Assembly (NCBI GenBank): GCA_038851755.1
Contig: JAWCKR010000010.1
Coordinates: 1 to 43,509 of the forward strand
Source of the DNA: Candidatus Hadarchaeales archaeon
Lineage (GTDB): Archaea > Hadarchaeota > Hadarchaeia > Hadarchaeales > WYZ-LMO6
Direction: 5' to 3'
DNA length: 43,509 bases
Shown here: piece after piece, positions 28,611 to 37,722 of the stretch
Layout: the number at the start of each line of letters is the position of its first letter
How positions within the stretch are numbered: position 1 is the stretch's first letter
The notes under the pieces: model-generated
What the model saw: the letters and a program-made list of their open reading frames with translations, nothing else
Told to the model about the DNA's origin: nothing
Databases searched by the model: none
Program-made: the position numbers and the translations under genes

Positions 28611-29121
28611 CTATTCCCCCCCTCGCCCTGAACTCGGAGAAGAGGCGCAGGACGCGGAGCAGGACCTCCCTCACCTCCTCCCTCTCCATCTCCCGCGGGC
28701 CGCAGGGGGAGGACAGGAGGAGGGCCCAGGTGGTCTCCCTTATCGCACCCTCCTCCCTCATCTCATCGGCCAGCGCCTTCAGGTCCAGGGTAGGATGCCT
28801 CCCCGCACGCCCCTCCAGCAGCTCCCCGAGGGCCGAGAGTTCCTCCTTCAGCCTCTGGAACTCGTAATCCGACACCCTCCTCCATTCCCCACGCAGAGGG
28901 GTGTCCGACCTGCAGCCCGAGTAGGAATCCCTGAGCCTGGAGCTGAGCTCCTCCACCCTGAGCAGGAGGTGGCCCACCTCGGGATCCGAGGAGAGGGGGG
29001 GCCGGAGCTTCAGCCACAGCAGCAGCCTGCGCACTCCCTCCAGGAAGCCGGTGGAACACCTCTTCTCCGCCGTCAGCATCCCCAGCTCCCTGAGGAGCTC
29101 CTCTTCACTCCCCGGCCCCAT
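28561..29121 (-). CDS. Hypothetical helical protein in the pilus operon
   Basis: 186-aa ORF with host-like codon usage, in operon position. Confidence 0.6.
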   Translation of the reverse strand: MGPGSEEELLRELGMLTAEKRCSTGFLEGVRRLLLWLKLRPPLSSDPEVGHLLLRVEELSSRLRDSYSGCRSDTPLRGEWRRVSDYEFQRLKEELSALGELLEGRAGRHPTLDLKALADEMREEGAIRETTWALLLSSPCGPREMEREEVREVLLRVLRLFSEFRARGGIGEVRKEEGALRAGGAR

Positions 29122-29269
29122 TCCGCCCCTCCAGAGCCCTGCGCAGGTCCTCCTCCGCCCTCCTGAGGGCCTGCACCAGGTTGCCCCTTCTGTCCGCCGA
29201 CCTCACCCTCCACCACAGGAGGAGGTACCATGACCCCGCCAGCGAGAGCAGGAGGAGGAGAGGGCCCAT
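29105..29269 (-). CDS. 54-aa single-TM hypothetical protein, first gene of the pilus operon
   Basis: My translation: MGPLLLLLSLAGSWYLLLWWRVRSADRRGNLVQALRRAEEDLRRALEGRNGAGE*; minus-strand TTTTAA at 29294-29299. Confidence 0.6.
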   Translation of the reverse strand: MGPLLLLLSLAGSWYLLLWWRVRSADRRGNLVQALRRAEEDLRRALEGRNGAGE

Positions 29270-29308
29270 CGGGCGGTCTGGGGAGGGTCGGCCTTAAAAG
29301 GGGAGAAC

Positions 29309-30631
29309 TCAGCGGCGGAGCCTGAGGGCCAGGACCAGGACCAGCGCCAGCGCCCCCACCAGGAGCAGGAGGAGCTGGAGGGAGGGAAGAGAGGGACCCT
29401 GCGCGGGCTGGAGGACCACGGTGAGGAGAAGCGTGCCCTCCGAGGAAACCTGCCCGTAGGGGCTCCGGGCCTCCACCTCCGCCTCCACGGGCGAGTTCTC
29501 CACCCCCTTCAGGGGCTCGAGGTAGAAGATCAGGTCCGTGCTCCTGCCCGGGGCCAGCTCCTCCACGCTCTGCGGAGGGACGGGACGGAAGGAGCTCTCG
29601 TCCACCCCCAACCGAACGGTGAGGTCCTCCAGGGTGCTCCTGCCCCTGTTCCTCACGCTGACCACCACGCCCACCTTCCCGTTCTCCTGGCCACCCTTTC
29701 CCACCGTCACCTCGGCCGCGGCCTCCCTGCAGAGGAGGAGGGTCTTATCCAACCTCGTCACCTTGCTCCACCTCTCGCCCGGGATGCTCACCTCTCCGTC
29801 CCTCACCAGGTTGGAGCCGTCGCTGGAGAAGAGGAGGAGGTGGTCCTCGTTCAGCTCCCCGAACTGTCCCCCCATCCAGGTCTCGTCCACCGGCACCCAC
29901 CCCACTCCTGGGAGGTAGAGGGCGACGAAGGCGTGGCCCATCCTCTCGGCGTTGTCCCCGAACTGGGGATTGTAGCCGTATCCCGCCAGGAACTTGGCGG
30001 GAAGGCCGGAGAGCCTGGCCAGGGCGATGAAGAGGTTGGTGAAATCCGTGCACTTGCCCACCCTGCTGCGGTAGACCTCCAGGGCGCTCTGGTTCCAGTC
30101 AAGGATCCGATAGTCCACATGATCCTTGACGAACTCGAAAATGTTCCTGGCGGTCAGGTAGGGGGTCTCCCCCTTCAGCTCCTCCGCCTTCTCCCTCAGC
30201 TCCGGCGCGTTCTCCCAGAGGTTGGGCACGGGCTCGGTGAGCCGCAGGAGCTCCTGCGGGATCTCTCCCCTCCCCTCGAGGTTCTCCCACCTCCTCCCGC
30301 TCACCCTGAGGATCTGCGTGAGGCTGACCTCCCCGGACCTCCCGGGCAGGAGCTTGCCCAGGGAGAACCTGAGGACCCTGTTGTCCTCCCCCCTGGACTC
30401 CTGAGGGGGAAGGGAGAAGCTCTCCTCCAGCACCGTCTGGAAGTCCCACCCGAAGTGCTCGTTGTCGAAGGCGAAGATTTCCAGCCAGCCCTCCACCTCC
30501 GACGGACCCGTGTTGGTGAGCGTGTAGGTGGCCCGGAAGCTGTAGATGGAGGAGCCGGCCGAGGAGGGAGGGAGGAGGGAGAGGAAGAGGAGGAGGGAAA
30601 GAAGGACCAGGAGAACGTGAGACCTGTTCAT
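29309..30631 (-). CDS. Cell-surface transglutaminase-like cysteine protease-fold protein
   Basis: Signal peptide; triad GKCTDF / HAFVALY / WVPVDET; CARDB-like Ig segment; C-terminal TM plus RLRR; start at ATG 30631 after GGAGG. Confidence 0.88.
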   Translation of the reverse strand: MNRSHVLLVLLSLLLFLSLLPPSSAGSSIYSFRATYTLTNTGPSEVEGWLEIFAFDNEHFGWDFQTVLEESFSLPPQESRGEDNRVLRFSLGKLLPGRSGEVSLTQILRVSGRRWENLEGRGEIPQELLRLTEPVPNLWENAPELREKAEELKGETPYLTARNIFEFVKDHVDYRILDWNQSALEVYRSRVGKCTDFTNLFIALARLSGLPAKFLAGYGYNPQFGDNAERMGHAFVALYLPGVGWVPVDETWMGGQFGELNEDHLLLFSSDGSNLVRDGEVSIPGERWSKVTRLDKTLLLCREAAAEVTVGKGGQENGKVGVVVSVRNRGRSTLEDLTVRLGVDESSFRPVPPQSVEELAPGRSTDLIFYLEPLKGVENSPVEAEVEARSPYGQVSSEGTLLLTVVLQPAQGPSLPSLQLLLLLVGALALVLVLALRLRR

Positions 30632-30653
30632 TGGTCCTCCTTTTTTTTCTCCC

Positions 30654-30664
30654 CTTATAAAAAG
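30654..30664. promoter_or_regulatory. Putative bidirectional TATA box
   Basis: CTTATAAAAAG in the middle of a 53-bp divergent intergenic region, roughly 20-25 bp from both ATGs. Confidence 0.55.
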
Positions 30665-30684
30665 CCTCCCCTCCATCCCCGGCG

Positions 30685-31311
30685 ATGAGGACGAGGGTGC
30701 TGATCCTGGCCTGCGCGGTCCTGGGCCTGGTGATGACCTGCGCTGGGCTCCACTCCTCCGGGCCCAAACGACTGGAGGTCCGGGACCTGACCGGGGAGAG
30801 GGTGGGAACGCAGGTCCTCCTCTCCGGCAGGGTGATGGACCTGAGCGAGCATCCCGAGGGGCACCTCTTCCTGAGGGTGGGCGAGGACAACCGCACCGTC
30901 TCCGTCCCCCTCTTCTCGAGCGTGAGGAGCGGGATGGGGACTGCGGTGGAGCTGCTGGACTGGGTGGAGGTGAGGGGGAAGGTCCGGGAGTGGAAGGGGG
31001 AGCTGGAGGTGGTCCCGAGCAGGCCGGAGGATGTGAGGGTGAGGAGGGAACCTCCCCGCAGGGTGGGGGAGATAGGAGAGGGTGAGGTGGGAAGGCTGGT
31101 GAAGGTGGAGGGAGAGGTGAGGAGGGTGGCGAGGCTGGGCGAGAACTGCCTCCTCCTGACGCTGGCGGAGAACGGGTCCGAGCTGAGGGTCTTCCTCCCC
31201 TTCCAGGTCCAGGTGAGGACGGGCTCCAGGGTGGTGGCGGCGGGGAGGGTGCAGCTCTACCGGGGGGAGCTGGAGCTGGCGGTGAAGAGGGCCTCCCACC
31301 TGCGCCTCTAG
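30685..31311 (+). CDS. Membrane-anchored tandem OB-fold nucleic-acid-binding protein
   Basis: N-terminal TM; two repeats V.L.G.V...V.V.G.V..(W/Y).GELE (VRGKVREWKGELEV and AAGRVQLYRGELEL). Confidence 0.8.
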   Translation: MRTRVLILACAVLGLVMTCAGLHSSGPKRLEVRDLTGERVGTQVLLSGRVMDLSEHPEGHLFLRVGEDNRTVSVPLFSSVRSGMGTAVELLDWVEVRGKVREWKGELEVVPSRPEDVRVRREPPRRVGEIGEGEVGRLVKVEGEVRRVARLGENCLLLTLAENGSELRVFLPFQVQVRTGSRVVAAGRVQLYRGELELAVKRASHLRL

Positions 31312-31312
31312 C

Positions 31313-32506
31313 ATGGAGCTCCTCCTCTGCTTCCTGCTCGGGGCGGGGCTGGGCACCTTCGCCGGGCTCATCCCCGGCGTGCACGTGAACAACCTCACCC
31401 CGCTGGTCCCCGCACTGGTGGTCTCCGCCGGTCTCTCACCCCTGGGAGGGGCGGCCGCCATCGTGACCATGGCGGTGGTCCAGACCTTCACCAGCTACAT
31501 CCCCTCGACCTTCCTGGGGGTCCCGGAGGAGGGCACCGCCCTCTCCGTCCTCCCCACCCACAGGATGGTGCTGGAGGGGAGAGGACCGGTGGCCCTGAGG
31601 CTCACGACCAGCGGCTGCCTCTGGGGTCTCTTCCTGGGCTCCCTCCTGGCCCTTCCCCTGGCGGCGGTCTTCGGGGGGATTTACGGGCTCCTGCGACCCG
31701 CCATGGGCTGGATCCTCCTGGCGGTGGTCGCCCTCATGATCCTCTCGGAGGGGAGCCCGCGCCGGATGGCCTGGTCCCTCCTGGTCTTCCTCCTCTCCGG
31801 CGCGCTGGGCCTGCTCACGCTGGACCTGGGAGGGGAAGTGCTCATGCCCCTCCTGAGCGGTCTCTTCGGGATGAGCGTGGTGCTGGAGAGCCTGGCCTCC
31901 AGGGAGAGGCTGCCCGAGCAGAGGGAGGAGGAAGGGGAGCCCCCGGTGTCCCTTCCTCCCCTCCTCTCCGGGGTGGGGGCGGGGGTCTTCACGGGCTTCC
32001 TCCCAGGGATAGGGCCGGCGGAGGGGACCGTGCTCTCCCAGCTCGTCACCCGCACCAGGCGGACGGAGGACTTCCTCCTCTCGGTGAGCGGGGTGAACAT
32101 GGTGAAGGTGCTCTTCTCCTTCGTGGCCCTCCACGCCATAGGCAGGCCCAGGAGCGGCGCGGCGGTGGCGGTGGGGGAGCTGCTGGAGGTGGGGAGGGGG
32201 GAGCTCCTCTTCCTGGTGGGAGTGGCGCTGCTGGCGGGGGCCCTCTCCTCCCTGCTGGTGCCCGCCCTGGCCAGGCTGGTGTGCTCGGGCCTCCCCAGGC
32301 TACCCTACAGGGCCCTGGGTCTCTCCACCCTCCTCCTCATCCTCTCCCTGACCCTCCTCCTCTGCGGCCCCGCGGGGCTTCCGCTCCTCATCACGGCCAC
32401 GGCCATCGGCCTCCTCCCGGGAAGGGTGGGGGTGAGGAGGTCGCACGGGATGGGGGTGATCCTCCTCCCCTGCACCCTCTACTTCCTGGGCCTCAGGAGC
32501 CTGTGA
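31313..32506 (+). CDS. Archaeal TctA-family (tripartite tricarboxylate transporter-like) permease
   Basis: GTFAGLIPGVHVN, SYIPSTFLGVP, LPTHRMVLEGRG, PLLSGLFG, GFLPGIG, RSG; many TM helices. Confidence 0.85.
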   Translation: MELLLCFLLGAGLGTFAGLIPGVHVNNLTPLVPALVVSAGLSPLGGAAAIVTMAVVQTFTSYIPSTFLGVPEEGTALSVLPTHRMVLEGRGPVALRLTTSGCLWGLFLGSLLALPLAAVFGGIYGLLRPAMGWILLAVVALMILSEGSPRRMAWSLLVFLLSGALGLLTLDLGGEVLMPLLSGLFGMSVVLESLASRERLPEQREEEGEPPVSLPPLLSGVGAGVFTGFLPGIGPAEGTVLSQLVTRTRRTEDFLLSVSGVNMVKVLFSFVALHAIGRPRSGAAVAVGELLEVGRGELLFLVGVALLAGALSSLLVPALARLVCSGLPRLPYRALGLSTLLLILSLTLLLCGPAGLPLLITATAIGLLPGRVGVRRSHGMGVILLPCTLYFLGLRSL

Positions 32507-32814
32507 GAGAGAAGGGGGAGGAGGACGGCGAGGAGGAAGAGGAGGAGGGCAAGGACCAGGAAGAGCGTCCTGGTCGTCCCCGAGAAGTCCTTCTCCCCCC
32601 TGTGGAGGAGGAGGGAGACTCCGAGCCCCAGCAGGGCGGGGGAGGAGGCGTGGAGGAGGTGGTCCGCCAGCAGAAAACCCGAGAGGAGGAGGGCCGCCCC
32701 CAGGCAGAGGAGGGAGAGGTCGGCGAAGGAGGAGGGGGAGGGCGTGGAGGCCTCCAGCAGGAGGAGGGAGCCCAGGAAGGCCGAGAAGAGGGCCAGCGGG
32801 CACCTGGGGGACAC
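32479..32814 (-). CDS. Small 4-TM hypothetical membrane protein
   Basis: 111-aa hydrophobic ORF filling the gap between tctA and dph6. Confidence 0.5.
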   Translation of the reverse strand: MSPRCPLALFSAFLGSLLLLEASTPSPSSFADLSLLCLGAALLLSGFLLADHLLHASSPALLGLGVSLLLHRGEKDFSGTTRTLFLVLALLLFLLAVLLPLLSHRLLRPRK

Positions 32815-32847
32815 AGAAGATTTACCATCGCGGGATTAAAAGAGGCG

Positions 32848-33513
32848 ATGAGGCTGGCCGCTCTCTGCTCCGGGGGGAAGGACTCCGCGCTGGCGATGTG
32901 GAGGGCGGTGAGGGGAGGACACAGGGTGGAGAAGGTGGTCACCCTCTTCCCCAGAAGGGAGGACTCCTGGCTCTTCCACTACCCCAACGCCAGGCTGGCG
33001 GGGCTCTTCGCCGAATGCGCGGGCTTTTCCTTCCTGGGGGTGGAGAGTTCGGGGGAGAAGGAGAAGGAGGTGGGGGAGCTGGAGGAGGTGCTGAGGGGAC
33101 TGAACGTGGAGGGAGTGGTGAGCGGCGCGGTGGCCTCCACCTACCAGCGGAAGAGGGTGGACGAGGTGTGCAGGAGGCTGGGGCTCGAGGCCCTCCACCC
33201 GCTGTGGGGGGAGGACCGCTCTTCCCTCCTCCGCGAGCTCCTCAGGGAAGGCTTCGAGGTGATGGTGACCTCGGTCTCCGCGGAGGGCCTGGGAGAGGAA
33301 TGGCTGGGCAGGAGGCTGGACGGGAGAAGCGTGGAGGAGCTGCTCGAGAGGGGCAGGAGGTACGGGTTCGATCCCGCGGGCGAGGGAGGGGAGTACGAGA
33401 CCTTCGTCCTGTCCTCCCCCTTCTCCGGGCGCAGGGTGGAGGTGGTGAGGGCGAAGAGGATATGGAGGGGGAGCTGGGGCTACCTCCTGATAGAGGAGGC
33501 CAGGGTGGTATGA
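32848..33513 (+). CDS. dph6: Diphthine--ammonia ligase
   Basis: SGGKDS PP-loop, SWLFH, GAVASTYQ, HPLW, GEGGEYETFV; start at ATG 32848. Confidence 0.92.
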   Translation: MRLAALCSGGKDSALAMWRAVRGGHRVEKVVTLFPRREDSWLFHYPNARLAGLFAECAGFSFLGVESSGEKEKEVGELEEVLRGLNVEGVVSGAVASTYQRKRVDEVCRRLGLEALHPLWGEDRSSLLRELLREGFEVMVTSVSAEGLGEEWLGRRLDGRSVEELLERGRRYGFDPAGEGGEYETFVLSSPFSGRRVEVVRAKRIWRGSWGYLLIEEARVV

Positions 33514-34532
33514 CGGCCATCCTCTACTCCCAGGAGTTCCTCAGGCACCGGCCGGGGAAAGCCCACCCGGAATCGCCGCGCAGGCTGAGGGCCATCGTGG
33601 ACAACCTGAAGAAGGAGGGCACGTGGTACTCCCCGAAAGTCAGGGTGATCCATCCCTCGCCCTGCCGGGAGGAGGACCTCCTGCTCGTCCACGAGCCCTC
33701 CTACCTGCAGCTGCTGGAGAGGATGGGGGAGAGGGGAATGGAGCTGGACGAGGACACCCCGGTGAAGGAGGAAACGGGAAGGATCGCCAGGCTGGCGGTG
33801 GGGGCAGCCCTCGAGGCAGGGAGAGGGGTGATGGAGGGGAGGTGGAGGAACGCCCTGGCCCTCCTCAGGCCCCCGGGCCACCACGCGGGAAGGGGGAGCG
33901 GGGGAGGCTTCTGCTACCTGAACAACGTGGCGGTGATGGTGGAGAGGATGAGGAAGGACTTCGGGGTGAGGAGGGCCCTCATCCTGGACCTGGACGCCCA
34001 CCACGGGAACGGCACGCAGGAGATCTTCTACCGGGACCCGGGGGTGCTCTTCCTCTCCCTGCACCAGGACCCCAGGACCCTCTACCCCTGGCGGGGCTTC
34101 GTCCACGAGCTGGGGGAGGGCGAGGGGGAAGGGTTCAGCGTGAACGTGCCCCTTCCTCCCGGAAGCGGCGAGGGTGAGTACGCCTGCGCCATGGAGGAGG
34201 TCTTCCTCCCGCTGGTGGGGGAGTTCAGGCCGGAGCTGGTGGCGGTGTCGCTGGGGCTGGACCCGCTGAAGGAGGACCCCCTCACCCAGCTGGAGCTCCT
34301 ACCCTCCTCCTACGCCTGGCTCACGGGGATGGTGCTCGAGGGAGCGAGGGGCTGCGGGGCCAGGGTGGCGATGGTGCTGGAGGGTGGGTACGCACCCTCG
34401 AGCGTGGGGAGGGCGATGGCGGAGGTGGTAAAGGTCCTGGTGGAGGGGAAGGGTCCCCCTCCCCCGCCCCCCTCCGAGGTGAAGGCGGTGGCGGAGCTCA
34501 AGGGGCTGCTGCGCAGGTACTGGAGGCTCTAG
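33510..34532 (+). CDS. Histone deacetylase/acetylpolyamine amidohydrolase family protein
   Basis: HPESPRR, RPPGHHA, GFCYLNN, DLDAHHGNGTQ, LEGGY; ATGA overlap with dph6. Confidence 0.93.
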   Translation: MTAILYSQEFLRHRPGKAHPESPRRLRAIVDNLKKEGTWYSPKVRVIHPSPCREEDLLLVHEPSYLQLLERMGERGMELDEDTPVKEETGRIARLAVGAALEAGRGVMEGRWRNALALLRPPGHHAGRGSGGGFCYLNNVAVMVERMRKDFGVRRALILDLDAHHGNGTQEIFYRDPGVLFLSLHQDPRTLYPWRGFVHELGEGEGEGFSVNVPLPPGSGEGEYACAMEEVFLPLVGEFRPELVAVSLGLDPLKEDPLTQLELLPSSYAWLTGMVLEGARGCGARVAMVLEGGYAPSSVGRAMAEVVKVLVEGKGPPPPPPSEVKAVAELKGLLRRYWRL

Positions 34533-35872
34533 CCCCAGAGGGAGAGCTCCACCCAGAGCAGGAGGGAGATCAGCCCCATCACCGGAAGGGTCACGGCGAA
34601 CCCGTACCTGCTGAACTGTGAGAAGCTCACGGGATGACCCTTGTCGGAGAGGAGCTTGGCCCACATGAGCCCCGCCAGCGCGCCCGTGAGGAAGAGGTTG
34701 GCACCCAGGTTGCTTCCCGCGATCAGGCCGAGCGTGGACGCCAGCCTCAGGTCACCCCCCGCGGAGAACTCGGGGCTCTGGAAGGTCCTCACCAGGAAGA
34801 GGGTCATCGGGTGGTTGTTCATCGCCCCCGCCAGCAGGGAGGAGAAGAGGGTGAGGAGGAAGAGGGTGGGGAGGAGGCCTCCCAGGGAGGAGAGGCGCGG
34901 GGCGAGGAGGTCCGTCCACCCGCTGGAGGAGAGGACCTCCATCTGGACGAAGAGGCCCACCAGGAAGGGGGCCAGCTTCCAGGGGACCCTGAAGAGGGGC
35001 GGGACCTTCCTGCCGTAGGAGAGGAGGTCGGAGGCGAAGACGAGCAGGGCCAGCAGGGCCACTCCCGACCACATGGGGATCCTCCTCACGCCCGGGGGGA
35101 GGGACATGAAGACGATGGCGCCCACCAGGGCCGCCAGCCCCACCCAAAGCCCCTTCCCGCTCTTGAGGACGGAGCGGGGATCCAGCTCGGGAGGCTCCAC
35201 CCTCGTGGGGATCCTGCGCCTGAAGAGGAGGCAGAGGAGCCCGAAGCCCGCGAAGGCACCCGCCAGGGAGGGGAGGAGCATCCATCTGGCGAACTCCACG
35301 AAGGAGAGCCCCGCTGGGTCGGCGGCGACGATGTTGGTGGGGTTCCCTATGTAGAGGGCCATCCCCAGCGTGTTCACGGTGAAGAACTGGCAGAAGAGGA
35401 AGGGAAGGGGGTCGGCCCCGCTCCTCCTGGCCATGTAGAAGATGAGGAGGGTCATGGTGAGGATCACGATGTCGTTGTCCGTGAAGAGGGTGAGGAAGGA
35501 AGTGAGGAGGAAGAACAGGAAGAAGAGCTTCCTCCCCGAGCCTCCCGAGAGGCGGGTGATGCGGAGGGAGAGGTACTCGAAGAGACCGCGGTAGTCCAGG
35601 GAGACGCAGAGGTAGGAGAGGGAGAGGATCAGGAAGAGGATGGAGTAGGGGTGGAGGCCCTCCCCCCCCACCACCCCCCTCACGGCGGTGTCCAGGTCGG
35701 CGTAACGGGTGAGGAAGAGCAGGAGGACCCCGAGCAGGGGCGCCCACCCGTAGTCCAGGTGGAAGTACCTGGAGGTGAGGGGGAGCCGGAGGAGGGGATG
35801 CTTGAAGACGAGGAAGACGGTGAGGGCAAAGATGAGCAGGGGAAAAAGGGGAGGAGCGCTCAGCCCTACCAC
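34529..35872 (-). CDS. ArsB/NhaD (IT superfamily) anion permease
   Basis: TDNDIVIL, IGNPTN, MNNHP, NLGANLFLTGALAGLMW. Confidence 0.88.
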   Translation of the reverse strand: MVGLSAPPLFPLLIFALTVFLVFKHPLLRLPLTSRYFHLDYGWAPLLGVLLLFLTRYADLDTAVRGVVGGEGLHPYSILFLILSLSYLCVSLDYRGLFEYLSLRITRLSGGSGRKLFFLFFLLTSFLTLFTDNDIVILTMTLLIFYMARRSGADPLPFLFCQFFTVNTLGMALYIGNPTNIVAADPAGLSFVEFARWMLLPSLAGAFAGFGLLCLLFRRRIPTRVEPPELDPRSVLKSGKGLWVGLAALVGAIVFMSLPPGVRRIPMWSGVALLALLVFASDLLSYGRKVPPLFRVPWKLAPFLVGLFVQMEVLSSSGWTDLLAPRLSSLGGLLPTLFLLTLFSSLLAGAMNNHPMTLFLVRTFQSPEFSAGGDLRLASTLGLIAGSNLGANLFLTGALAGLMWAKLLSDKGHPVSFSQFSRYGFAVTLPVMGLISLLLWVELSLWG

Positions 35873-35879
35873 CGAACCC

Positions 35880-36278
35880 CTACACCGGCTGGCCAGGCTT
35901 CCTGACGAGCACGGCTACGCAGGGGGAGTTCTTGACCACGTAATCGGAAACGCTCTCCGTGAGGTAGCCCAGCACCCCCTTCCTGGGGATGGTGCCCAGC
36001 ACGATCACGTCGCAGTTCTTCTCCTTCGCGAAGGAGACGATGGCCTTCCCCACCTCGGTCGCCTCCACCACGTGGAACTCGGTCTTCCTCCCCTCCTTCT
36101 CGAAGAGCTCCCTCACCCAGGAGAAGCCCTCCTCCGCCTGCTTCCTCCCGAGCTCGGTGAGCAGGCGCACCACGTGCAGGAGGTGGACCTCCGTCTCCCT
36201 GGAGCTGAGCCTCACGGCCACCTCCGCCACCTCCCTGGGGGTGGCCTCGGTAAGGCAAAGGAGGAGGCGCTTGAACAT
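35880..36278 (-). CDS. Universal stress protein (UspA family)
   Basis: MFKRLLL, LLHVV, CDVIVLG, ESVSDYVVKNSPCVAVLVR. Confidence 0.9.
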   Translation of the reverse strand: MFKRLLLCLTEATPREVAEVAVRLSSRETEVHLLHVVRLLTELGRKQAEEGFSWVRELFEKEGRKTEFHVVEATEVGKAIVSFAKEKNCDVIVLGTIPRKGVLGYLTESVSDYVVKNSPCVAVLVRKPGQPV

Positions 36279-36332
36279 CACCCTCCTCGGAGCACCCTCT
36301 AATAACCTTTTACTCCGTCCCACCCCAGCAGG

Positions 36333-37718
36333 GTGATGGAGGGGCTCTACGCCAGCATCCTGCGGAGGATCGAGCCCACGGAGGAGGACCGGAGGAGGGC
36401 CGCCGGGCTCTCCAACCGCCTCCTCTCCTCCCTCTCCGGGGAGCTCCTGCGCAGGGGCATAGAGGCGGAGGTGAGGGTGGAGGGATCCTTCGCCAAGGAC
36501 ACCTGGCTCAGGGGGGAGAACGACCTGGACCTCTTCGTCCTCCTCCCTCCCTCGGCGCCCGAGGGGAGGCTGAGGGAGGTGGTGGAGGCGGCGAAGGCCC
36601 TGAGGGGGAGGAAGAGGGAGAGGTACGCCGAGCACCCCTACCTGGAGGTGGAGGTGGGGGGCTACAGGGTGGAGGTGGTGCCCTGCTTCGGGGTGGAGGA
36701 CCCCTCGCGGATGCGCTCCGCGGTGGACCGCACGCCCTTCCACACCCGGTACGTGAAGGAGAGGCTGGACGAGGCCCTCAGGAGGGAGGTGAGGCTGCTC
36801 AAGAGGTTCATGATGGGAACGGGGTGCTACGGGGCCGAGCTCAGGGTGGGGGGGTTCTCCGGCTACCTGTGCGAGCTCCTGGTGCTGCACTCCCGCTCCT
36901 TCGAAGGGCTGGTGAGGGAGGCCAGCGGGTGGAAGCCCGGGCACGTGATTGACCTGGAGGGGTTCTACCCCGACCCCTCCAAGGTGAGGCTGCTCTTCCC
37001 CGACCAGCCTCTGGTGGTGGTGGACCCGGTGGACCGCACCAGGAACGTGGCGGCCGCCGTCTCCGCCCAGAAGTTCTCCACCTTCGTGCTGGCCTGCAGG
37101 GAGTTCCTGAGGAGGCCCTCCGAGCGCTTCTTCTTCCCCAGGCCGCAGCGGGTCTTGGGAAGGGAAGAACTGTGGAGGCTCATGAGGAGGAGGGGGACGG
37201 AGTTCTTCTGCGTGACCTTCAGGACACCACGGGTGGTGGAGGACGTGCTCTACCCCCAGCTCAGGAAGGCGGAGAGGGCGCTGGGCTTCACGCTGGGGGA
37301 GAGAGGGTTCCAGGTGCTGGGCAGCGAGGTGTGGTCGGGCGAGCGGCTCTCGGCGGTCCTGCTGGAGGTCTTCCCCTCCTCCCTTCCCCCCCTGGAGGTG
37401 AGGAGGGGCCCTCCGCCCTCCGCCCCCGAGGAGAGCTTCCTGAGGAAGTACCTGGGGAAGAAGGGGACCTGGGCCGGCCCCTACGTGGACCTGGAGGGGA
37501 GGCCCGTGTTCGAGGTGGAGAGGAGGGTGAGAGAGGCGGGGGAGGTGCTGGAGGGAGCGGTGGGGAGGGGGGAGGGGCTGGGGAAGCACGTGGGCGAGGC
37601 CCTCTCCAGGGGCTTCAAAATCCACAGGGGAAGGGAGGTCCTGGGGCTCTGCCGGGAGGAGGGCTTCTCCTCCTTCCTCTCGGAGTACCTCACCAGGCGC
37701 CTCCCCTGGTACCGGTGA
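36333..37718 (+). CDS. cca: CCA-adding enzyme (class I)
   Basis: [53 protein letters not shown]. Confidence 0.96.
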   Translation: MMEGLYASILRRIEPTEEDRRRAAGLSNRLLSSLSGELLRRGIEAEVRVEGSFAKDTWLRGENDLDLFVLLPPSAPEGRLREVVEAAKALRGRKRERYAEHPYLEVEVGGYRVEVVPCFGVEDPSRMRSAVDRTPFHTRYVKERLDEALRREVRLLKRFMMGTGCYGAELRVGGFSGYLCELLVLHSRSFEGLVREASGWKPGHVIDLEGFYPDPSKVRLLFPDQPLVVVDPVDRTRNVAAAVSAQKFSTFVLACREFLRRPSERFFFPRPQRVLGREELWRLMRRRGTEFFCVTFRTPRVVEDVLYPQLRKAERALGFTLGERGFQVLGSEVWSGERLSAVLLEVFPSSLPPLEVRRGPPPSAPEESFLRKYLGKKGTWAGPYVDLEGRPVFEVERRVREAGEVLEGAVGRGEGLGKHVGEALSRGFKIHRGREVLGLCREEGFSSFLSEYLTRRLPWYR

Positions 37719-37722
37719 GCCC

